From Acidimicrobiaceae bacterium (lineage in GTDB: Bacteria; Actinomycetota; Acidimicrobiia; Acidimicrobiales; RAAP-2), in NCBI GenBank assembly GCA_003164095.1, contig PLRX01000043.1, positions 47,618 through 111,617 on the forward strand: DNA of 64,000 bases, written 5' to 3'. Positions 26,688-33,569 of this stretch are shown here, piece after piece. The translations under genes were made by a program, and so were the position numbers. Numbering within the stretch: position 1 is the first letter of the stretch; each line of letters begins with the position of its first letter. The notes beneath the pieces were generated by a model that saw nothing but the letters and a program-made list of their open reading frames with translations, was not told the DNA's origin and searched no databases.

Positions 26688-27110
26688 TCAGCTGGGCCGT
26701 GGCGCCCGGCGAGGCAGCCCGGTGAGTGCCTGCGCCCCGGAGGAGCGGAGGAACAGCAGCAGTTCGAGCGGACTGTCCGCGTGCATCGGATGTAGTCCCC
26801 GTACCCGACAGATGACACCACTGCTGCGGAGGCGGGCCCAGAGTTGAGCCAGGGCGACACCACCGGACTCGTCGATGCTGCGCAGGTCGGCACAGTCGAG
26901 TACGACATCGTCGAAGCCGGCCCGGAGGAGCTGGTCGTGCTGATCGTCGACCGCCACCGAGGAGGTGGCATCCAGCGTGCCGGACATGTTGAGGACACAG
27001 TGGTGGTCGCGTGACGTGAGGTTCATCACGAGGCGGGTGCCCGGCGTCTGGCCATGTCGGTGGTGACGGACCCGGGTGGAGGGGGTGGCTGGGGTGCGTG
27101 CGGCGGTCAT
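26688..27110 (-). CDS. STAS-domain anti-sigma-factor antagonist paralogue
   Basis: VLNMSGTLDATS...VVLDCADLRSIDESGGVALAQL. ATG 27110 sits 9 nt after a GGGTAG -10 motif. An alternative start is ATG 27026. Confidence 0.7.
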   Translation of the reverse strand: MTAARTPATPSTRVRHHRHGQTPGTRLVMNLTSRDHHCVLNMSGTLDATSSVAVDDQHDQLLRAGFDDVVLDCADLRSIDESGGVALAQLWARLRSSGVICRVRGLHPMHADSPLELLLFLRSSGAQALTGLPRRAPRPS

Positions 27111-27119
27111 GCAGCGGCC

Positions 27120-27145
27120 CTACCCGCTGGTGCCGGGGTCAATCC
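27120..27145 (-). promoter_or_regulatory. SigB/F-like promoter GGATT-N15-GGGTAG (minus strand), leaderless geometry
   Basis: The reverse complement of 27120-27145 gives the motif. ATG 27110 follows after 9 nt. Confidence 0.45.
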
Positions 27146-27205
27146 GGCCCATCCTGCGGTACCGTCTGACCAGGCCGGACGGGCCGGACCGAGGCCCACA
27201 CGGTC

Positions 27206-27241
27206 GTTTCCGCGCCATGTGGTTTCCGCGCCATGTGGTTT
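27206..27241. repeat. exact tandem repeat GTTTCCGCGCCATGTG x2.25
   Basis: Units 27206-27221 and 27222-27237 are identical, then GTTT follows. Each junction recreates GGTTT. Confidence 0.95.
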
Positions 27242-27262
27242 AGGCACTCGGTGGCCGGGTAG
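27237..27262 (+). promoter_or_regulatory. SigB/F-like promoter GGTTT-N15-GGGTAG of the STAS/RsbW-like/sigma operon
   Basis: Matches the GGTTT / GGGTA type consensus I recall for SigB/SigF-class sigma factors. It lies 17 nt upstream of ATG 27279. Confidence 0.55.
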
Positions 27263-27278
27263 GTGGGGTCGACGGCAT

Positions 27279-27647
27279 ATGTCCGCCGGACGGAAGGGAC
27301 CCAGGGTGGAACAGGACATCGAGATCGATGTGGAGCGCAGGGGCGGATCGACGATCGTGTCGGCGCGCGGCGAGGTGGACGTCGCCACCGCACCGGCGCT
27401 GCGCGAGGGCCTCGACGAGGCCGTCGCGGCCGACGCCGGAGCAGTCGTGGTCGACCTGACGGGTGTGACGTTCATCGACTCGACGGGGCTGGGCGTGCTC
27501 ATCGGCGCCCGGAAGCGCTGCCTCGACGCCGACCTGGAACTTCGGGTGGTGGTGACCGAGCCCCGCATCCTGAAGGTCTTCGAGATCACCGGGCTCACGG
27601 AGCTGTTCGCCATTCATGAGTCCCTCGAGCCGGCGCTCGAGGCCTGA
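27279..27647 (+). CDS. STAS-domain anti-sigma-factor antagonist (RsbV/SpoIIAA-like)
   Basis: ARGEVDVATAP...VVVDLTGVTFIDSTGLGVLIGA carries the canonical DSTG phosphoserine motif. GTG 27306 with a GGAAGGGA RBS is an alternative start. Confidence 0.85.
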   Translation: MSAGRKGPRVEQDIEIDVERRGGSTIVSARGEVDVATAPALREGLDEAVAADAGAVVVDLTGVTFIDSTGLGVLIGARKRCLDADLELRVVVTEPRILKVFEITGLTELFAIHESLEPALEA

Positions 27648-27648
27648 G

Positions 27649-28098
27649 ATGTCCGTGCACGTCTCTCCCGACACCTCCGACTCCGATGCCACCGATCGGG
27701 GAACCCAGGTTCCCGTCCCTCATGTGGAACTGGTGCTGTCCGTCGAGGATGACCTTCTGGTGCTCGCCCGCCTCACGGTGTCGGCCGTGGCGTCCCGCGC
27801 CGGATTCGACGTCGAGGAGATCGAGGACCTGAGGTTGGCCGTCGACGAACTGTGCCTCCTGGTCCTGCGGGGCCGCCGCACGGGCCGGCTGGTACTCGCC
27901 ATGGCGATCGAGCCGGGTCGCATCGACATCTGGTGTCGGTACGACGGCACCGAGGACCCGCGTGATGCCGGAGCCGAGGACGAGAGCGACCTGTCGCAAC
28001 GGATCCTGGATGCGCTGGTCGATGAGCATGGCCCGGCAATGCTCGACGGTCGGACCGGAGCGCACCTGTGCAAGCAGCGCGCGCTTGCCGATGACTGA
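27649..28098 (+). CDS. RsbW-like anti-sigma factor with degenerate ATP-binding motifs
   Basis: LVLARLTVSAVASRAGFDVEEIEDLRLAVDELCLLVL has no N-box Asn-x3-His, and I see no GxG boxes. ATG lies 1 nt after the STAS stop, and the stop overlaps the sigma ATG. Confidence 0.7.
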   Translation: MSVHVSPDTSDSDATDRGTQVPVPHVELVLSVEDDLLVLARLTVSAVASRAGFDVEEIEDLRLAVDELCLLVLRGRRTGRLVLAMAIEPGRIDIWCRYDGTEDPRDAGAEDESDLSQRILDALVDEHGPAMLDGRTGAHLCKQRALADD

Positions 28099-28838
28099 TG
28101 CCGGCACCCAAGCGGACCGTCACGACGGAACCGAGCTTCGCCGAGTTCGCCGCCACACGTGATCCCCGGCTGCGCGAGTCCCTGGTGGAGGCCCATCTCG
28201 GGCTCGCCCACCAGCTGGCTCGTCGCTTCGCCAACCGGGGTGAATCCCACGAGGATCTCGTCCAGGTGGCGTCCGTCGCCCTGATCCACGCGGTCGACCG
28301 CTTCGACCCGGACCGCGGCTTCGAGTTCAGCACGTTCGCCACCCGGACGATCCTGGGTGAGTTGAAGCGCCATTTCCGCGACAAGGGGTGGGCGGTGCGT
28401 GCTCCGCGGCGGATCCAGGAGCTCTACCTCGAATTGGGAGCCGCCACCGACGCGCTCGCCCAGGAGCTCGGGCACCCACCGACCGTCCCGGAACTCGCGG
28501 CCCGCACGGGTGCCTCAGAGGAGGCCGTACTCGAGGCCATGGAGGCCGGGCAGGCCTACCGGGCGACGTCGATCGACGCACCGGACCGTCGCGAGGGCAC
28601 GATCGCCTCCCGCCTCGGCCAGATCGATGCCGGCTTCGACAGGGCCGATAACCACCAGATGCTGGGTGCAGCACTCGCGCAGCTTCCCGAGCGGGAGCAG
28701 CAGATCCTGCGGCTCCGCTATGTCGACGGCCTCACGCAGTCGCAGATCGCCGAGCGGATCGGGGTGAGCCAGATGCACGTCTCGCGTCTGTTGACGGCCA
28801 GCATCGCCCGGTTACGCGAGTCGTTCGCCGAGACGTAG
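28098..28838 (+). CDS. SigB/SigF-family (group 3) RNA polymerase sigma factor
   Basis: Region 2 (DLVQVASVALIHAVDRFDP, FSTFATRTILGELKRHFRD), region 3, and region 4 (LTQSQIAERIGVSQMHVSRLL). TAG stop. Confidence 0.9.
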   Translation: MPAPKRTVTTEPSFAEFAATRDPRLRESLVEAHLGLAHQLARRFANRGESHEDLVQVASVALIHAVDRFDPDRGFEFSTFATRTILGELKRHFRDKGWAVRAPRRIQELYLELGAATDALAQELGHPPTVPELAARTGASEEAVLEAMEAGQAYRATSIDAPDRREGTIASRLGQIDAGFDRADNHQMLGAALAQLPEREQQILRLRYVDGLTQSQIAERIGVSQMHVSRLLTASIARLRESFAET

Positions 28839-28858
28839 ACCGCAGTGCGGTCCCGGCG

Positions 28859-29308
28859 TCAGGCCCGGTTCGGCAGCCGGACGACGTTCAGGAAGAATTC
28901 GCCGACCTGGCGGACCACGGACAGGAACCGGTCCAGCTCGGCCGGCTTGGTGACGAATGCGTTGGCATGGAGCTCGTAGCTCCTACGGACGTCCTCGACC
29001 GCCTTGGACGTGGTCAGGACGACGACTGGGATGGACCGGAGGCCGGGGTCAGACTTGATGCGGGCCAGTACCTCCCGACCGTCGAGCCGGGGCAGGTTGA
29101 GGTCGAGGAGGACCAGGTCGGGACGGGGGGCGCCGCTGTGCCCGCCCTCGCGCCGCAGGAAGTCCACTGCCTCCTCGCCGTCCTCTACCACGTGCACGGC
29201 GAGCGGGCCGGTGGCGCCGGCGAGTGCCTCCCTGGTCAGCAGGACGTCGCCGGGGTCGTCCTCGACGACGAGCAGGTGCTTCGTGCCGGCCACGGTCGCC
29301 TCGGTCAT
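28859..29308 (-). CDS. single-domain response regulator (CheY/Rcp1-like)
   Basis: LLVVEDDPGDVLL, DLVLLDLNLPRLDG and VVVLTTS. ATGA overlap with the kinase stop. Confidence 0.85.
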   Translation of the reverse strand: MTEATVAGTKHLLVVEDDPGDVLLTREALAGATGPLAVHVVEDGEEAVDFLRREGGHSGAPRPDLVLLDLNLPRLDGREVLARIKSDPGLRSIPVVVLTTSKAVEDVRRSYELHANAFVTKPAELDRFLSVVRQVGEFFLNVVRLPNRA

Positions 29309-30888
29309 TGCACTGTCTCCCCCTGGGTCGCCGGCAGGGTGAAGCATAGGCGGGCGCCCCCGCTGTACTCGCGGTCGACCCAGATGGACCCGCCGTGGAA
29401 TTCGACGATCTTGCGACACAGCGCCAACCCGATACCGGTGCCGCCGTAGGCGTCGCGCGCATGGAGGCGCTGGAAGATGACGAAGACGCGGTCAGCATGG
29501 CGGGGCTCGATCCCGATCCCGTCGTCGGTCACCTCGAACCTCCACAAGGTCCCGTCCCGGTGCGCGTCGACTTCGACCACCGGCGGTGTGCCGTCGGCGA
29601 ACTTGACGGCGTTGCCGATCAGGTTCTGCCAGAGCGACGTGAGCAGGACACGGTCGCCGCGGACGCTCGGCAGTGGGCCCACCCTCACCGTGGCACCGAC
29701 GTCCTCCACGAGTCCCGACAGACCGGCCAGCGCTCCGTCCACGCACTCGCCCATGCCCACGGTGACGAACGCGTCGGTCGTCCGCCCGACACGAGAGAAC
29801 GTCAGCAGGTCGTCGATCAGGGCCTGCATGCGGCGGGCGCCGTCGACGGCGAACCCGATGTACTCGTCCCCTCTCGGGTCGAGCTGGTGCTCGTACCGCT
29901 GCTGGAGGAGCTGCACGAAGCTCGTCACCTTCCTGAGCGGCTCCTGGAGGTCGTGTGAGGCGACGTAGGCGAACTGCTCGAGCTCCTCGTTCGACCGTTG
30001 GAGGTCCCGGTTCCGCTCGGCCAGATCGGCACGTGCCGTCGCCACCCGGTCGAGTTCGCTGACGATGCGCAGGCGCATCGCCTCCACGTCCGTCCCCACG
30101 CTCCGGATCTCGGGCGGTCCGGTGACGACCACGGACTGCCCGAGGTCACCGTCGGCGACCCGGCAGACCGTGGTGCCGAGCCCGGCGAGCGGTTCGATCA
30201 CCCATGACCGGAGCGACCGTTCAAGGGCGATCCCGGCGGCCACCACGAGGAGGAGGCCGACCACCAGTGCGACGATCAGTTCGATCGTGGCATCGGAGAA
30301 CGCCGCGGCGCTGGAGGCCCGTTCGTTCGCCAACGCGGCCTCCAGCGTCGCGAACCGCTGACGAATGACGTCGAAGCGTGCCTTGCCCGGCCCGAGCAGC
30401 TCCTGTTGGACCTGGAGCGGGTCTCCGGCCTGCGTCGACAGGACGGCCGGCAGGGCGGACGACGTGTTCCACGCCTGGCCGGCCGACTCGGCCCGGTGCA
30501 CCAGGGCGAGCAGCTGGGGGTGGCCGAGGAGGTCGTCCGCGAGCCGGGCTGCGGCAGCCTGCCGATCGTGATCACCCGAGAGGTACGGTGCCAGGAAGGC
30601 GGGGTTGCGGCTGAGGATGTACCCGCGGATTCCCGTCTCCTCGTCGAGGTAGGCCACGAAGAGCTGGTCGGCGTCGAGGCTCGCCGGGTCGATCTGCGAC
30701 AGCAGGACGCGCCGGGTGTCGGTCAGGTGGACGATGCCGATGGTAGCCACGGTGGCGACCGCGGCTACCAGGACGGTGCCCAGGACGAACAGGAGCCTGA
30801 GGCGACGTCGCAGGCTCATGGTGTGCAGACGGCCGGTGCCGACCGCGACCTGACGTGTCGCGTCGACCGCTCGGGTGGTGGCGGTCAC
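29305..30888 (-). CDS. sensor histidine kinase, CHASE3-TM-HAMP-HisKA-HATPase
   Basis: CHASE3-like EETGIRGYILSRNPAFLAPY between two TM segments, H-box FAYVASHDLQEPLRKV, N/G boxes NLIGNAVKF and GTGIGLALCRKIVEFHGG. The start is GTG 30888 (GTGA overlap with the upstream stop) or ATG 30819. Confidence 0.85.
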   Translation of the reverse strand: MTATTRAVDATRQVAVGTGRLHTMSLRRRLRLLFVLGTVLVAAVATVATIGIVHLTDTRRVLLSQIDPASLDADQLFVAYLDEETGIRGYILSRNPAFLAPYLSGDHDRQAAAARLADDLLGHPQLLALVHRAESAGQAWNTSSALPAVLSTQAGDPLQVQQELLGPGKARFDVIRQRFATLEAALANERASSAAAFSDATIELIVALVVGLLLVVAAGIALERSLRSWVIEPLAGLGTTVCRVADGDLGQSVVVTGPPEIRSVGTDVEAMRLRIVSELDRVATARADLAERNRDLQRSNEELEQFAYVASHDLQEPLRKVTSFVQLLQQRYEHQLDPRGDEYIGFAVDGARRMQALIDDLLTFSRVGRTTDAFVTVGMGECVDGALAGLSGLVEDVGATVRVGPLPSVRGDRVLLTSLWQNLIGNAVKFADGTPPVVEVDAHRDGTLWRFEVTDDGIGIEPRHADRVFVIFQRLHARDAYGGTGIGLALCRKIVEFHGGSIWVDREYSGGARLCFTLPATQGETVQ

Positions 30889-32135
30889 GGTGCGTGCGCG
30901 GCACGGTTCGACAGGATGACGACGGCGACGTCGTCGGCCAGGGGCTCGCCGTTGGCGGCCTCGGCCGCGTCGACGAGCGCATCCGCCAGGCGCCGGAGCG
31001 AGCTCGTGGGCCCGGCGACCGCGGCCGCACGGGCGAGCCGGACCGTGTCGAAGCGCTCCGTGCCGTCGCTGTCGTGGCCCTCCACTACGCCGTCCGTGTA
31101 GACGACGAGCGTCCAGTCCTGGCCGAGGTCGATCTCGGTGGGAGGCCACGTCGGGTCATCGAAGACACCGAGCAGGGGCCCTCGGCGGTCGGGTGGTATC
31201 TCGAGGACGTCGTCGTGGCCGACGACCAGTGGACTCGGGTGTCCGGCCAGCCGCATCCGGAGGAACCGTGCAGTCGGGTCGAACTCGAGGTCGCACATCG
31301 TGGCGAAGGTCTCGTCGGACTCCCGCTCCGAGCGGAGGACGCGTTCCACGCCGTGGAGCGTCCGCTCGGGATCGGCACCGGAGAGGACGAGGGCACGCCA
31401 CGCCACTCGTAGTGCCACGCCGAGTGCAGCCTCGTCGGCCCCATGGCCGCAGATGTCTCCGACCGTCACCCGCACCGTCCCGTCCTCGAGCTCGATGGCG
31501 TCGAAGAAGTCTCCTCCGAGCAGTGCGCGCCGACCGCCTGCCTCGTAGCGCACGGCCCAGTGGAAGTGGGGATTGCCGATGATGGGACGGGCGACCAGGC
31601 CCCGCTCCATGCGTGCGCTCTCGGCCCGGAGCAGCAGCGCCTCGCCCATCTGACGGGAGGACTCCTGGCTCTGCCGCCGGGCGATGGCATAGCGGATCGA
31701 CCGGGCGAGCGTCTCGTGGTCGACCCTGCCCTTGATGAGGTAGTCCTGCGCCCCCAGGTACACGGCGTCCGCCCCGACGGCCCGGTCCATGAACCCGGTG
31801 AGCACGACCACCGCGGCAGCGGTCGGATGGGCAACGACGGCGCGAACGGTCTCGAGGCCGGACGCGTCGGGCAGCCCGAGGTCCACGAGCACGCAGTCGG
31901 CCCCGAGATCCAGCTCTGCCAGTCCGTCCGTCAGGTTCCGGCACCACGCCAGGTCGTAGCCGCCGCCTGCCAGCTCGAGGAGCTCACGCACCAGGAACGC
32001 ATCGCCCGGATCGTCCTCGACGAGGATGATCCGCAGCGGGGCCACCGTTGGCACGCCGGGTGGGTCACCTATCCCCTCCGGCTCGTCCGGGTACTCTGAC
32101 GAGCCGTCCCTGTGGGGATCGATGAGATCACTCAT
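30885..32135 (-). CDS. response-regulator receiver fused to PP2C/SpoIIE phosphatase (RsbY/RsbU-like)
   Basis: REC (ILVEDDPGDAFL, VLVDLGLPDASG) followed by PP2C (LLGGDFFDAI, VGDICGHGADEAALG, LVVYTDGVVE). Confidence 0.85.
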   Translation of the reverse strand: MSDLIDPHRDGSSEYPDEPEGIGDPPGVPTVAPLRIILVEDDPGDAFLVRELLELAGGGYDLAWCRNLTDGLAELDLGADCVLVDLGLPDASGLETVRAVVAHPTAAAVVVLTGFMDRAVGADAVYLGAQDYLIKGRVDHETLARSIRYAIARRQSQESSRQMGEALLLRAESARMERGLVARPIIGNPHFHWAVRYEAGGRRALLGGDFFDAIELEDGTVRVTVGDICGHGADEAALGVALRVAWRALVLSGADPERTLHGVERVLRSERESDETFATMCDLEFDPTARFLRMRLAGHPSPLVVGHDDVLEIPPDRRGPLLGVFDDPTWPPTEIDLGQDWTLVVYTDGVVEGHDSDGTERFDTVRLARAAAVAGPTSSLRRLADALVDAAEAANGEPLADDVAVVILSNRAAHAP

Positions 32136-32261
32136 CGCCACCTCGCGCTGGCGATGCGCGGACTTCCACTCCTGGCCGCACTGGGCTCTCCCGGCCGGAC
32201 GACGGGGCGCACCATGCACTGATGGTCGCACCCTCTGTGCCGCCGGACAAGTGCGCCTGGA

Positions 32262-32296
32262 CCCTCGCCGACGCCGGAATCCGGCACCGGCGAGGG
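32262..32296 (-). terminator. hairpin CCCTCGCCG...CGGCGAGGG with an inner GCCGGAATCCGGC stem, downstream of the CsbD gene
   Basis: Read from the sequence. It begins 5 nt after the CsbD stop. Confidence 0.5.
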
Positions 32297-32300
32297 GTTA

Positions 32301-32537
32301 TCACCTCTGATGGGCTCGCTGCTCGGCCTCGTGTGCCGATGCCTCGGCGCGTGATGGGTCGGCTTCTGCCTCCTTCTCGGCCACGTCCCGCTCGGCGGCG
32401 GCCTTCTCCTGCTGGGCCCGGCCCTCGTGGCGCAGGTCGTCATCGCAACGCAGGGCACCCGCCGCCTCTCCTGCCTTACCCTTCAGCTCCTCGACGACCC
32501 CCGATGCGGCGGCGCCTGGCCCGGTCTCCTTGTCCAT
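32301..32537 (-). CDS. CsbD-family general stress protein
   Basis: LKGKAGEAAGALRCDDDLRHEGRAQQ matches the CsbD repeat. GAAGGGAG RBS. Confidence 0.75.
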   Translation of the reverse strand: MDKETGPGAAASGVVEELKGKAGEAAGALRCDDDLRHEGRAQQEKAAAERDVAEKEAEADPSRAEASAHEAEQRAHQR

Positions 32538-32618
32538 GATGATGCTCCCTTCGTAGGACGGAATATGGCGTCGATCGACGCGTGTGATCCAGGGCTCGCT
32601 GATCGGAGGGATCCCCTG

Positions 32619-32783
32619 TCACCAGCGGTAGAAGCGCCTGCTCCCCGCGTTCTCGCCTCTGCCTATGGCGAACCCGATGATCCACAGCACCAGGAGCACG
32701 GCTGCCAGGACCCACAGGACGTGGAGTGTGAAGCCGAGGCCGGCGACGATGAGGACGACCAGCAGCGCGACGAGGAGGATCAT
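32619..32783 (-). CDS. 54-aa hydrophobic membrane protein (two TM helices)
   Basis: MILLVALLVVLIVAGLGFTLHVLWVLAAVLLVLWIIGFAIGRG... with a GGAAGGA RBS. Confidence 0.6.
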   Translation of the reverse strand: MILLVALLVVLIVAGLGFTLHVLWVLAAVLLVLWIIGFAIGRGENAGSRRFYRW

Positions 32784-32836
32784 GGGGATTCCTTCCGTTC
32801 GTGGTACGGGACCCGGGTGGGACTGACGTGACGACA

Positions 32837-32862
32837 CTTCCCGCACCGGGCACTGACAAACC
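32837..32862 (-). promoter_or_regulatory. SigB/F-like promoter GGTTT-N15-GGGAAG upstream of the small-membrane-protein/CsbD pair
   Basis: The reverse complement of 32837-32862 gives the motif. It lies 53 nt upstream of ATG 32783. Confidence 0.4.
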
Positions 32863-32886
32863 TCTGTGGAGCGACCGATCCGCACG

Positions 32887-33360
32887 TCAGCGGGCCGGGT
32901 GACCGGGGTCGAACGACGGAGCGCTGCCGTACGTCAGTAGACGCTGATCCGGGCCCGGTGCCGCGTCGATGGGTGACGTGTACAGCGTCTGGTGGTCGCC
33001 GACGTCGAAGCGGTCGAGGATGTGCACGGCCATCCACGCCGCACGGTCGTCGAGTACCGGGACGCCGCCGGGTCCCGGGCGCCACGCCGTGTCGGCGAAC
33101 TTGTCGACGGTGTCCCTGCTGAGTTCACCGAACAACGACGCGGTGTCGACCTGATCCTCGCCCAACAGGTGGAGGCAGAGCACCGAGGCTCGCCGGGCGA
33201 CATCGAACGTGTGATTGACACGGGACAGGCAGACGAGGAACCGCAGGGGATCGATGCTGCACTAAGTCGTGAAGCCGACTAGGCAACCGCTGCGATCGCC
33301 GTCCGGTGTCGCGGTCGTCACCACGACCAACGGGCAATCGGTGCGACCACTGAAGTGGGC
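32887..33360 (-). pseudogene. flavin reductase-domain gene interrupted by an in-frame TAG (33262-33264); no usable start codon
   Basis: Continuous homology ...CPLVVVTTATPDGDRSGCLVGFTT*CSIDPLRFLVCLSRVNHTFDVARRASVLCLHLLGEDQVD... is broken only by the TAG. Confidence 0.65.
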
Positions 33361-33569
33361 CGTGGCATCGGAGTCAGGACGTGTGGGCAGAGGTGGGGGT
33401 GGCCCACACGACGGGACAGTGCCATGTCCTGGTCCTACCCTCAGCAGGCGTGAACCATGCGCGGTGGTCCGCCGTGTGTGGTGGTCCGTGTGGTGCCGGA
33501 GTGTGTGCGACGCCGAACGGGGTAGAACCGGACAGCTGCGGCATCGCGCCGCAACGACGGGAGGCTCCG

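Noticed and set aside
27206-27241. CRISPR-like or other array interpretation of the tandem repeats at 27206, 57831 and 10422.
   Set aside because: There are only 2-5 directly abutting copies with no spacers and no cas genes. They are simple tandem duplications or microsatellites.
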